Below, one piece after another: positions 32,726-40,797 of a stretch of DNA of 41,537 nt. Both the position numbers and the translations under genes were made by a program. The first letter of the stretch is position 1, and the number at the start of each line of letters is the position of its first letter. The DNA lies in the IMG/VR virus record IMGVR_UViG_3300049010_000004, positions 1-41,537 of that record. The stretch is one strand, 5' to 3'. Under the pieces are notes generated by a model. That model ran no database searches. It worked only from the letters and a program-made list of their open reading frames with translations, and was not told the DNA's origin. The stretch is from a virus.

Positions 32726-33153
32726 TTAAGCTATTCGTTGCTCGTGGCACTAAGGCTAAGACGCACACAGCCGGAAAGATGTATTGGAATGGCGAACTGC
32801 TCTGCTACACGCTGGAAGATCCCGTTAGAGAAATAAAGGGCAAGCCAGTAGCAGAATGGAAGATTAAGGGCGAGACCGCCATTCCTGAAGGCAAGTACCG
32901 CGTCATCCTTACCAAGTCGCCAAGGTTCAAGCGAATCCTTCCTGAAGTGCTGAATGTGCCAGGCTACACCGCAGTACGCATCCACGCTGGCAACCAGACC
33001 AAAGATACGGATGGCTGCATTCTTGTTGGCATGTATGACGGCAACGAAGCTGATAACTGGCTAGGCAGCTCTCGCAAGGCAGAGGATTTACTCGTGGCGA
33101 AGATTCAAGAGGCTATCAATACAGGGGAGGAAGTATGGCTCACTATCTTATGA
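32722..33153 (+). CDS. DUF5675-like protein; YkuD-like 'H.G...D..GCI' motif, candidate cell-wall peptidase/endolysin
   Basis: 143 aa. 'CYTLEDPVRE', 'AIPEGKYRV' and 'VRIHAGNQTKDTDGCILVG'. Confidence 0.5.
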   Translation: MIKLFVARGTKAKTHTAGKMYWNGELLCYTLEDPVREIKGKPVAEWKIKGETAIPEGKYRVILTKSPRFKRILPEVLNVPGYTAVRIHAGNQTKDTDGCILVGMYDGNEADNWLGSSRKAEDLLVAKIQEAINTGEEVWLTIL

Positions 33154-33281
33154 CTATAACGCTGTGCGTCATGCTTGGCGGATGCAGTCTTGTTCAATGG
33201 CTACCCTCTAGCTCCTGCGAACGTGTGACCTATGATCGCGTCGGCAACAAGGTAACAGTGCTAGCAGAGTGTACGCTGTGA
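33135..33281 (+). CDS. Small lipoprotein (48 aa, not in ORF track), o-spanin-like by position
   Basis: 'MAHYLMTITLCVMLGGC-SLVQWLPSSSCERV...' has the lipobox LGGC. It overlaps the 3' end of the DUF5675-like gene and the 5' end of the DUF1353-like gene. Confidence 0.4.
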   Translation: MAHYLMTITLCVMLGGCSLVQWLPSSSCERVTYDRVGNKVTVLAECTL

Positions 33282-33727
33282 AAGTCTCGTTTCTGTCGCC
33301 TCTCAGCGTCACCGAGATACCAACGGCTGGCGGGCTAAATCTCTGGTCACTGAATAAGCCTTTCTATGCCTACGTGGATAACGATGGGCAGAAGGTCGAG
33401 ATAATCATTCCTGAGGGCTTTGTCAGTGACTTCGCAAGCGTTCCAAGGCTTCCGTTCGCCTATCTCCTATATGGCGGCATCGGGAACCGTGCTGGCGTAG
33501 TCCATGACGCTCTCTATACTGCTTGGAAGAAAGTATCTGTGTTCTCGCTGATTGACGGCGTAAAGGTCGATTATGAGGTTACACGGTCATGGGCTGATGA
33601 AGTCCTGAAAGCCGCGCTCCAGGAATGCGGCGTAGGCTTCTTTGCACGCAACATGATGTACTCTGCTGTCCGGTTAGCAGGGTGGAAGTTCTACAAGAAG
33701 GATAGTCTGTTTAAGCAGCCGGAGTAG
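33269..33727 (+). CDS. DUF1353-like protein
   Basis: 152 aa. 'IIPEGFVSDFASVPR' and 'AGVVHDALY' match the DUF1353 pattern as recalled. GTG start. Confidence 0.55.
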   Translation: MYAVKVSFLSPLSVTEIPTAGGLNLWSLNKPFYAYVDNDGQKVEIIIPEGFVSDFASVPRLPFAYLLYGGIGNRAGVVHDALYTAWKKVSVFSLIDGVKVDYEVTRSWADEVLKAALQECGVGFFARNMMYSAVRLAGWKFYKKDSLFKQPE

Positions 33728-33983
33728 TTTCGTAATGCGTGACGTTACGGCTTACATTCACATCAAACTTAGCAATATACTCCCCACGATACTCCGAAAC
33801 CCGCTCTGGTGCTAGTAGTCCGCTTCCCCCTCCCGGCACCATCTTACTTCCATTAGTTTCTGCGTATAGCGGAAAACCCTTTACTTTTAGCCATTCTCCG
33901 CTTTACCATCGCCACTGATTTCCACCCAAAATGGAACGAAATGGCATATCAACTCCCCATTTTCTCCCCACTTGAGCGACCCA
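33728..33983. other. Probable attP region upstream of the integrase
   Basis: 256-bp ORF-free gap next to int. Inverted repeat TGGTGC 33807..33812 / GCACCA 33836..33841. CTCCCCA occurs three times (33780, 33953, 33964). The core was not identified. Confidence 0.4.
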
Positions 33984-35000
33984 ATGGCCTCGATTACTAA
34001 GGTTGCTACAGGCTATCGGGCGCAGGTCTACGTCAAAGGCAAGCGTGATTCTGCCATACGCAGGACTAAGCGCGAAGCAGAGATATGGGCTGCACAGCGG
34101 ACTATCGAGCTTAGAGACGAGGTAGAGAAGTCTCCTGGTGAGCGTCATACCTTGGGCGCTGCGATAGACAAGTACGTTCAAGAGGTCGTCCCCATCAAGC
34201 GCGGTCGATCAAAGGAAGAGATACGCTTCGAGGCGATGAAGCGAGAACTCCCCATCCATCTCCCCATCGCCAAAGTAACGCCTGAGATTCTAGGGGAATG
34301 GCGCGACAAGATGCTGGCTAGGGGATTGTCCCCAGGATCTGCGCTCCGATACATGGGACAACTATCCTCCATGCTTGAGACTGCGCGTAGGGAATGGCGC
34401 TGGATACCCACTAATCCCATGCACGATGTGAGAAAGCCTAAAGAGCCTCCGCACCGGACAGTGACATTCAATCGAGCGCAGATCAAGGGAATGCTTATAG
34501 GCTTCGGATATTCCCCGCTTAAACCCGTCAATACCATCATGCAATCGTGCGCTGTCGCGTTTTTACTGGCATTACGTAGTGGCATGAGGGCGGGGGAGAT
34601 TTGCGGCCTCCAGTGGCGTTATTTGCACGATGGCTATTGTCATCTTCCGGTGACTAAGACCAAGGCCAGGGATGTGCCGCTAACAGACAAGGCCATGAGG
34701 CTGGTTCTCAAGATGGAAGGATTCGACAATGTTCTGGTGTTCGGCATCAAGTCTCATTCGCTGGATGCATTATTTAGGAAGGTTCGGGATAGGCAAGGCA
34801 TGTCTGGATTCAGGTTCCACGATTCCAGGCACACAGCCGCAACGTGGATGGTGCAAAGCGGCAAGGTTGATGTATTGACGCTATGCAAGATATTCGGCTG
34901 GTCTAACACGGCTCAGGCATTAACCTATTTCAATCCTAAAGCCAGCGACATTGCTAAGCAGCTTTCCGCAAGGCCAAGACGCGATCAATCTCAGCAATAG
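33984..35000 (+). CDS. int: Tyrosine integrase
   Basis: 338 aa from ATG 33984. 'GYRAQVYVKGKR' N-terminal arm-binding style, 'LRSGMRAGEICGLQW' (Arg), 'HDSRHTAATWM' (His-x-x-Arg), 'GWSNTAQALTYF' (Tyr). Confidence 0.9.
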   Translation: MASITKVATGYRAQVYVKGKRDSAIRRTKREAEIWAAQRTIELRDEVEKSPGERHTLGAAIDKYVQEVVPIKRGRSKEEIRFEAMKRELPIHLPIAKVTPEILGEWRDKMLARGLSPGSALRYMGQLSSMLETARREWRWIPTNPMHDVRKPKEPPHRTVTFNRAQIKGMLIGFGYSPLKPVNTIMQSCAVAFLLALRSGMRAGEICGLQWRYLHDGYCHLPVTKTKARDVPLTDKAMRLVLKMEGFDNVLVFGIKSHSLDALFRKVRDRQGMSGFRFHDSRHTAATWMVQSGKVDVLTLCKIFGWSNTAQALTYFNPKASDIAKQLSARPRRDQSQQ

Positions 35001-35172
35001 GGATCATGGCGCATTCGTTCAGTTTTATCCTTCCATCCCGCACCATTGCCGATACGGTCTTTTCGCTGAATCCCAACATACTTGCGGCCTGCTTCTGATT
35101 CACATGCACAGGCCGTGGGTGCGTCTCAGCGTAGAGTTGCACGGCTTTAGCGGCTATCTCTAATAGTTCCAT
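34954..35172 (-). CDS. xis: Excisionase/HTH_17-like DNA-binding protein
   Basis: 72 aa. 'VNQKQAASMLGFSEKTVSAMVRDGRIK'. Convergent with int, overlapping its 3' end by 47 bp. Confidence 0.65.
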   Translation of the reverse strand: MELLEIAAKAVQLYAETHPRPVHVNQKQAASMLGFSEKTVSAMVRDGRIKLNECAMIPIAEIDRVLALRKAA

Positions 35173-35174
35173 AT

Positions 35175-35342
35175 CTATCCCTTCACCTTCACTTGCCAGA
35201 CCTTCACTTTTACTGCCCCATCCTGGCCGTACATCATCGCGTAGTGATTAGCCTCGCGCTCTGCCGTCTCTTTATCAGGGCATTCGCCACTGGCTACCTT
35301 CAAGCCGTCTTGCATCACTGAAAATCTGTATTTGAAAGACAT
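35175..35342 (-). CDS. Small ORF (55 aa, not in ORF track)
   Basis: 'MSFKYRFSVMQDGLKVASGECPDKETAEREANHYAMMYGQDGAVKVKVWQVKVKG'. Both this ORF and the upstream gene end in AAGGGATAG followed by ATATG. Confidence 0.4.
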   Translation of the reverse strand: MSFKYRFSVMQDGLKVASGECPDKETAEREANHYAMMYGQDGAVKVKVWQVKVKG

Positions 35343-35344
35343 AT

Positions 35345-35650
35345 CTATCCCTTCTGCTTGCCAATCTCAGCCGCTTCGCGGACAATATATCTGCGAACAG
35401 GGGCGTATTCGTCTAATTCGTTTTCTTCATTGAATGCGCTCTCAAATCCCCTGCAATACATTGTTTTCTCAAACATTCTAAGTTTCGCTGCCAGCCTAAA
35501 GGCATCGCCGTCATATTCCAACGGATTCCACATTTCCTTTTGAGGCATTCCCCGATATTCGCCCCAGTAACATGGGTATCCATTGTCATCAATCTCTAGT
35601 GCAATATCAGCCGCCTTAGCCGCTAACTCTAGTAACTCTTTATCAGTCAT
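35345..35650 (-). CDS. Hypothetical protein (101 aa from ATG 35650)
   Basis: 'MTDKELLELAAKAADI...'. The ATG lies 2 nt upstream of the upstream gene's TGA (35645..35643), an 8-nt ORF overlap. The longer ORF-track start is unlikely. Confidence 0.55.
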   Translation of the reverse strand: MTDKELLELAAKAADIALEIDDNGYPCYWGEYRGMPQKEMWNPLEYDGDAFRLAAKLRMFEKTMYCRGFESAFNEENELDEYAPVRRYIVREAAEIGKQKG

Positions 35651-35855
35651 TGGCTTTGGCCTTGATTTGTTCGTACATTGGGTGATTCTTTGTTTTAAAG
35701 ATTGCGCGATCCACGCTTGCCAATAATTCCTCGGCTTGGCTTCTGAAAAACTCTGCCATGTTGTCGCCCACATTAAGTTCGTCATTCATGTAATTAGTGA
35801 TTGATCGAATGCAGGCTTCTCTTAATTCGTTGCTCACGATGTTTCCTTTCTGCAC
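35643..35855 (-). CDS. Hypothetical protein (70 aa)
   Basis: Co-directional early-left ORF. Confidence 0.5.
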   Translation of the reverse strand: MQKGNIVSNELREACIRSITNYMNDELNVGDNMAEFFRSQAEELLASVDRAIFKTKNHPMYEQIKAKAND

Positions 35856-35903
35856 TATGGTTGATAGGGCTGGGATGGTATTGCCCTAAACCCTGTTTTG
35901 TTC

Positions 35904-35940
35904 ATTCGTTGGTAGGACTTTACACAGTGGGGTGCGGACT
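35904..35940 (-). repeat. Copy 4 of the bipartite element (minus sense AGTCCGCACCCCACTGTG...TACCAACGAAT)
   Basis: Plus strand shows ATTCGTTGGTA 35904..35914 and GTGCGGACT 35932..35940. Confidence 0.85.
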
Positions 35941-36150
35941 GGAAACATAGTCGGTCAATTGCCGAACCAAACTATCTTGCAACGCTCTTAAAACATCCGC
36001 TTGTTGATCGCTTGTCCGTTCATCTTTTAATAGCGAGCTGATTTGCTTGATTACGAGAGATACGGCTTTTGTTACACCGTCCCTAAACGCAGCTTCCATA
36101 TCTTTATCTATGGCGTCCTGAACTGCTTTTGCCAATTCCTTTGGCTCCAT
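35920..36150 (-). CDS. Hypothetical protein (76 aa from ATG 36150)
   Basis: Strong RBS within the recurring GGGTTGCATAAGGAG cassette. Confidence 0.55.
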   Translation of the reverse strand: MEPKELAKAVQDAIDKDMEAAFRDGVTKAVSLVIKQISSLLKDERTSDQQADVLRALQDSLVRQLTDYVSSPHPTV

Positions 36151-36201
36151 CTCACATCTCCTTATGCAACCCAGTGTCCCAGGTCTGACCAAATAATCTC
36201 A

Positions 36202-36525
36202 CTATCGCTTTGCCCTATCAGCATTGATGAGCTTGGCTAAGTCATGACTGTTTAAAGTGTCCCCATCATCCCAGAGCCTCCAAATACCTTTCGCCAACTC
36301 CGCCGCTTCTTCTGCCGTACACAGCGATGGTGCTTCCTGCTCGCGTTGGGCTAGGGCAGCTTGCCATGCCTTTTGCCAGGCTGTCCAAATCATCCCGTAA
36401 CTGATTATTTCGATGTCGGATAGTTTGTCAAATCTTGCCGCGTATCCATCTCCGACCCATTCAACCCCTAGCGGCGGAGGATATTCTTCCTCAAAAGCCC
36501 TGCGTTGTTCCGTGTTGTTAGTCAT
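36202..36525 (-). CDS. Hypothetical protein (107 aa) starting MTNNTE
   Basis: Shares its first 6 codons plus 10 upstream nt with the next gene. Confidence 0.55.
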   Translation of the reverse strand: MTNNTEQRRAFEEEYPPPLGVEWVGDGYAARFDKLSDIEIISYGMIWTAWQKAWQAALAQREQEAPSLCTAEEAAELAKGIWRLWDDGDTLNSHDLAKLINADRAKR

Positions 36526-36528
36526 TGG

Positions 36529-36843
36529 CTAGTCCCCGTTTCTTTGTCGATTGAACAAATTAGCCAATATTGTTAATAAATGATTAATAACTTGTTTGCT
36601 CGAAACGATTAAGAAGTTTAGCGATGGTTGTTGATTAATTATTGGCGCTTCGCAACAACCCGCACAAATATAAACGTCATGATGTATTAGATGTCTTATT
36701 GATGGTTCGCCCACTCTCCCGCATTTAAAGCATGAAGTGGTGCATGGGCTACTAACTAACAAATCACTGTCGTCACAAGTACCTAGCTTCTTCTCTATCC
36801 ACTCTGGAGAAAATAATGTTTTGCGTTCCGTGTTGTTAGTCAT
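36529..36843 (-). CDS. Hypothetical Cys-rich protein (104 aa) starting MTNNTE
   Basis: 'CFKCGR...CAGCC'. The 3' half is conspicuously AT-rich (about 36540..36680). Confidence 0.5.
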   Translation of the reverse strand: MTNNTERKTLFSPEWIEKKLGTCDDSDLLVSSPCTTSCFKCGRVGEPSIRHLIHHDVYICAGCCEAPIINQQPSLNFLIVSSKQVINHLLTILANLFNRQRNGD

Positions 36844-36853
36844 TGGCTAGTCC

Positions 36854-37156
36854 TTATTTAACTCGGTCAGGATTGGGTTCTAGCTCAAGGTTGGCGTTCA
36901 TCTTGTTGATAACCGCCTGTTGAATGTTGATCCCGTTCTCCTCGGCAATGCCGAATACTCGCAAGATAATGTCCGCCAGTTCCACTTCAAAGTTCTTAGT
37001 TGGAACCTCGCCGCGAACTTCATTGGCAGCTTCGCCACACTCCGATACCACGAGCATTAAGGATTCAAGCGGTGTCTTGTTCTTCCACCACCCCATCTTT
37101 TTCAGCCATTGCCCTTGGCGATATGCTAAGTCGTTCATATCAACTGGATAGCTCAT
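36854..37156 (-). CDS. MazG-like nucleotide pyrophosphohydrolase
   Basis: 100 aa. 'LVVSECGEAANEVR' and 'ELADIILRVFGIAEENGINI' correspond to the EXXE...EXXD all-alpha NTP-PPase pattern. Confidence 0.7.
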   Translation of the reverse strand: MSYPVDMNDLAYRQGQWLKKMGWWKNKTPLESLMLVVSECGEAANEVRGEVPTKNFEVELADIILRVFGIAEENGINIQQAVINKMNANLELEPNPDRVK

Positions 37157-37488
37157 GATTCATCCCCTCCCTTGCTCTGCTCGATGGCTTGGTCGATTGC
37201 TTCTTCTCTAAATGCCTTGCAAGATAAATCGGATTCATAGGGGAGTCTTACGCATAGCATGGCGTATGCTGGCTCGCCATTCTTGGCTGGGTGTCTGCGC
37301 CACTCACTATTATTAATTAGGTGTCTTCCTCGCTCAGCATCCTTCCTCGCTTCCTCCAGCTTCCGCGTAGCTTCGGCTAGTTGGTGGCGGAGATTGTCTA
37401 TTATGCCGTCACGGAATTTAACCGCTCCTGCCGCTATCTCTAAGCGATCTTCAAGTGGTATCAACGGGTTATCCCATAGGTTGCTCAC
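37153..37488 (-). CDS. Hypothetical coiled-coil protein (111 aa)
   Basis: ATGA overlaps. Confidence 0.55.
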   Translation of the reverse strand: MSNLWDNPLIPLEDRLEIAAGAVKFRDGIIDNLRHQLAEATRKLEEARKDAERGRHLINNSEWRRHPAKNGEPAYAMLCVRLPYESDLSCKAFREEAIDQAIEQSKGGDES

Positions 37489-38048
37489 GATTTGCCCTCC
37501 ACTTTGTCGCTGGGTGCTCCGATAATGCTGTTGACTCGCTCTAGCAAATTTTCTTCACTCAATTGCGCGTAGTCTTCCATGAAGCCATTAATGTCATTCG
37601 CCACCTTTATACACACTTCGCGCAAATCCGCTTTGGCTTCGGCGGGGATGGAAGACAGGATGGCCTCGGCGCATTGCCAAGACTCGGCGGGTTCAAACGC
37701 ATCTTGCTCGGTGCATATCTCCGCCGCCTTCCTATACGCAGCCGCTACGAGGGCATTGGCTTGGGGTGGGGTAGAATGAAAAAATTGAACATCGAACTCT
37801 GCCAGTTGCTCTTTGGTGTACCCATCGCCATCCGGCATAAAATACAGTTTCTCGTTCTCGTCGTATTTCCCTATCAGGCTATCGCCGTAATAGTCAGCAA
37901 CGTAAACAACGTCAGGCTCCGAACCTTGCTGGCGTTGGGCGCGGAGCAGTTCAATAGCCGCGTCAAACTCAGGCCAGTTTCCGTTTTCTGCGTGCTCAAC
38001 AACCAGGTCAATCACATCCTGCGGTACGTTAGTGGTCATGGTGTTCAC
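37485..38048 (-). CDS. Hypothetical protein (187 aa; GTG 38048 or ATG 38039 start)
   Basis: Acidic protein with no recognised motif. Confidence 0.55.
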   Translation of the reverse strand: MNTMTTNVPQDVIDLVVEHAENGNWPEFDAAIELLRAQRQQGSEPDVVYVADYYGDSLIGKYDENEKLYFMPDGDGYTKEQLAEFDVQFFHSTPPQANALVAAAYRKAAEICTEQDAFEPAESWQCAEAILSSIPAEAKADLREVCIKVANDINGFMEDYAQLSEENLLERVNSIIGAPSDKVEGKS

Positions 38049-38051
38049 CAG

Positions 38052-38483
38052 TTAGAAGGGAATATCATCTTCAAAGTCATCAAAACCCGACTTTTGTTCA
38101 TTAGATTCCGGCTGCGATTGTGCAGGTTGCGGACTCTCATTTTGGCCTGAAGACTTGCCACCAAGCATCTGCAACTTGTCGATCACAACGCCATAGGAGA
38201 CTTTTTCATTGCCTTCCTTGTCCGTGTACTTGTCAGACTGGATACGGCCTTCTACGTACACGCTAGACCCCTTCTTGAGGTACTCTCCGGCGATTTCTGC
38301 CAGCTTCCCGAAGGCGGTGAGTCGATGCCACTCTGTGCGCTCCTGTTTCTGTCCTGACTTGTCCTTCCAGGTCTCGGTCGTGGCGATTGAGAAGTTAGCG
38401 ATAGCGTCACCGGACGGTGCGTAACGCATCTCAGGATCTCGCCCAAGGTTGCCAAGTAGGATTGCTTTGTTTACTGATGCCAT
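38052..38483 (-). CDS. ssb: Single-stranded DNA-binding protein
   Basis: 143 aa. '[18 protein letters not shown]', OB-fold layout, and the acidic tail '...DDFEDDIPF'. Confidence 0.9.
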   Translation of the reverse strand: MASVNKAILLGNLGRDPEMRYAPSGDAIANFSIATTETWKDKSGQKQERTEWHRLTAFGKLAEIAGEYLKKGSSVYVEGRIQSDKYTDKEGNEKVSYGVVIDKLQMLGGKSSGQNESPQPAQSQPESNEQKSGFDDFEDDIPF

Positions 38484-39487
38484 TACAGTTTCCCTTCTGC
38501 TTTAAGTTCGTCTCTTGCTTTAATCATGGATGAGCGTTCTCGAGAGTTAAACAATCCCCACAACGCGCCTTTGTGTGCCGCATCATCAATTTCGTTGATA
38601 GTGGTTTGCTCTTGCAGTAACAGATAGGCTTCCTTTGGGTTGCCCATCACCGCCTTAACGTCCTCTGCAATCTCGCGCAGGATGGTCTGCGTATCTACGT
38701 CGATGCCTTCCATCAGAGAGGTGGCGATTGACTTAGCCGATTCGCGAGGTGGCAACACCTTGCCTTCGCTTGTCACATCCTTTTCCTCCTGAATGGATTG
38801 CAATCCTTCATCGCCTTCCACGTTCACGTAGTGGATCGCTGAATCCAGACGGTCACGACGAGGCCAATACTTAGCGGCCTGCTTGACGCATGTCTTCTTT
38901 GCCATCTCTTCGTAGTCAGTCACCCAAGGACATTTCGTACCCTTGGTTTGATAGGACTTCCACGCTACCGAACGGTCGCGAATCTCGTTGACCTTTGCGA
39001 TAGGCATGGCATGTGTCAGGTAATCATTGGTGTCGGTCTTCACCACCACGTACACACCAACAATGTCGCCACGCTTTTCTACAGCGTCAAACGCGTTATA
39101 TTTGTGGGTTGGTGGTTGGTCTATCCCGTTCAGGGAAAAGTCGTCCTGCGCCCTTACAATCACTGCCTGGCCCCATTTAATCGCGCCTGTCTGCTGCGCC
39201 AAGTGCATGATGCCCATGTAGCTGATGTCTAGACATACCTTGCCGTCACGCGGGACAAGATAGGCTTGCTTGCTTGCAGGGTTTAGGCTGATTCCGATTG
39301 CAGCCACATTTGTAATGGCGTTCTGCAAGCTGGCCTTGTTCTTCAGTGCCGTGCTCATCAGATAATCGTTAGCGCCAAGCGACTGCATGGCAAACGATGC
39401 CTCACGATCAAATTCTATGGATGGGTCAGCACATACCTTCGCGAAGATAGGTTTTTGTGCCTCCATCAGTGTCATTACTTCGCTCAT
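38483..39487 (-). CDS. recT: RecT-family single-strand annealing recombinase
   Basis: 334 aa. '[44 protein letters not shown]' and '[12 protein letters not shown]'. Confidence 0.85.
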   Translation of the reverse strand: MSEVMTLMEAQKPIFAKVCADPSIEFDREASFAMQSLGANDYLMSTALKNKASLQNAITNVAAIGISLNPASKQAYLVPRDGKVCLDISYMGIMHLAQQTGAIKWGQAVIVRAQDDFSLNGIDQPPTHKYNAFDAVEKRGDIVGVYVVVKTDTNDYLTHAMPIAKVNEIRDRSVAWKSYQTKGTKCPWVTDYEEMAKKTCVKQAAKYWPRRDRLDSAIHYVNVEGDEGLQSIQEEKDVTSEGKVLPPRESAKSIATSLMEGIDVDTQTILREIAEDVKAVMGNPKEAYLLLQEQTTINEIDDAAHKGALWGLFNSRERSSMIKARDELKAEGKL

Positions 39488-39537
39488 GCCAAGTGTCCTT
39501 TCTGCAATTTCGTTGACCGCGCCTCGATGCTATTGCC

Positions 39538-39798
39538 CTATGGCTTGCGGGGTTTTGCTTTCTTAAACTGAGCCAATAAAACCTTATCCTCAACACTCAC
39601 ATGCTTCTCACACTGCAACCTTCCTTCTTCATAGTGAGAGTAAGCGACCATGTTTTCAGAACTTGCTACGCACGGTTCAATGTCCATCCCGTACACGATC
39701 TTTGGTGCTGCGTATGAATCAGCGAACGCTTTATCAAGGTTGCATCCTGCTAATCCTGCTATCGCTATAAAGGCGAATGGTATGTAGAGGGATTTCAT
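39538..39798 (-). CDS. Lipoprotein (86 aa)
   Basis: 'MKSLYIPFAFIAIAGLAGC-NLDK' lipobox. Confidence 0.7.
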   Translation of the reverse strand: MKSLYIPFAFIAIAGLAGCNLDKAFADSYAAPKIVYGMDIEPCVASSENMVAYSHYEEGRLQCEKHVSVEDKVLLAQFKKAKPRKP

Positions 39799-39816
39799 AT
39801 AAACCCTTTCATTTAG

Positions 39817-39856
39817 ATTCGTTGGTCGGCAAGGTCACAGTGGGTTGCGGACTAAT
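39817..39856 (-). repeat. Copy 5 of the bipartite element (minus sense ATTAGTCCGCAACCCACTGTGACCTTGCCGACCAACGAAT)
   Basis: Plus strand shows ATTCGTTGGTC 39817..39827 and TTGCGGACTAAT 39845..39856; intergenic. Confidence 0.85.
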
Positions 39857-40386
39857 CAACCCAAGCCCTTAGCCATCATTAGCTTTCCATCAATGATTGC
39901 CATTGATGGAACCCATCCACTACCCATTACAAATCTTTCAGCCGATTGTCTATTCCATGGCCCGTCGCCTCGGGCTTGATCCCAGAAGTCACCTTTTGAA
40001 GACAAGTAATCTATTAGTTCCTCTTTTGTGGCAAATGGAGGAGTGACAGGAGTTCCCTCTGATACTGTTTCCCATACCTGATACCAGGTGCATTCAGGAT
40101 CGCCATCAGTAAATGGCGCGTAATATTCTTTATCTGGCGGGTTGCCGTAATATTCCCAATATTCCTCACAAGATGTGTGTTCAGGCTTTTCTCCGCGCTC
40201 CCACGCAAGCATTCCGTTAATCCACTCTTTCTTGGCCTCAGAAAACTTCTGTCTAAACATTGGCTGGTAGCTATAATCACCATTGCGACTCAGAGTCTTT
40301 GGATGATCCCAATTAGGTGGCACCATGGCTAATTCTCTTCCCATCTCACGCATCCTTTCTGCAACTTGCTTGAACTTGCGTACCAA
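39856..40386 (-). CDS. Hypothetical protein (176 aa, TTG start; internal ATGs possible)
   Basis: W/Y-rich protein with no recognised motif. Confidence 0.5.
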   Translation of the reverse strand: MVRKFKQVAERMREMGRELAMVPPNWDHPKTLSRNGDYSYQPMFRQKFSEAKKEWINGMLAWERGEKPEHTSCEEYWEYYGNPPDKEYYAPFTDGDPECTWYQVWETVSEGTPVTPPFATKEELIDYLSSKGDFWDQARGDGPWNRQSAERFVMGSGWVPSMAIIDGKLMMAKGLG

Positions 40387-40482
40387 CTAATTGCCCCAAA
40401 GGGGTTGTCGGTTCTTTACACACTCCACATACAAAAGGTAATACCTTCTATATCTCATTCCACAGGTAGGGCAGGCTTTCAT
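40387..40482 (-). CDS. Very small CxxC ORF (31 aa)
   Basis: 'MKACPTCGMRYRRYYLLYVECVKNRQPLWGN'. It fits exactly between the neighbouring stop and start. Low confidence. Confidence 0.25.
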   Translation of the reverse strand: MKACPTCGMRYRRYYLLYVECVKNRQPLWGN

Positions 40483-40483
40483 C

Positions 40484-40795
40484 TCAATACCCCATCATTC
40501 GTTCTACAGCTTCTTCCGCGAATAACCTCTTAGCCCACTCCGACAGAACCTTTACGCGATCCGTGTCAATCGGCGTTCCGTCTCTTGCGTGGTCAATCGC
40601 CATCGCCAGGATTTCTAAACATCCATCGTTGATCGGGTTGTTCTCGTATATCGCCAGTGCGGTATCTGCTGAACCCATGCTGGACATGTATCCCTGAACC
40701 TTGTCCTCGAAGCGCTCGGCTTCCTTAAAGTTGCCGTTATCAGGCGGATTCAGTTGCTGCTCTGGCAGGGTGAATATTGTTTGTGGGAGATTCAT
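40484..40795 (-). CDS. Hypothetical protein (103 aa from ATG 40795)
   Basis: The start lies 2 nt after the upstream stop. Confidence 0.5.
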   Translation of the reverse strand: MNLPQTIFTLPEQQLNPPDNGNFKEAERFEDKVQGYMSSMGSADTALAIYENNPINDGCLEILAMAIDHARDGTPIDTDRVKVLSEWAKRLFAEEAVERMMGY

Positions 40796-40797
40796 GG

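Noticed and set aside
37563-38150. 195-aa plus-strand ORF
   Set aside because: It is antisense to the leftward early genes, including the SSB 3' end, with no RBS.
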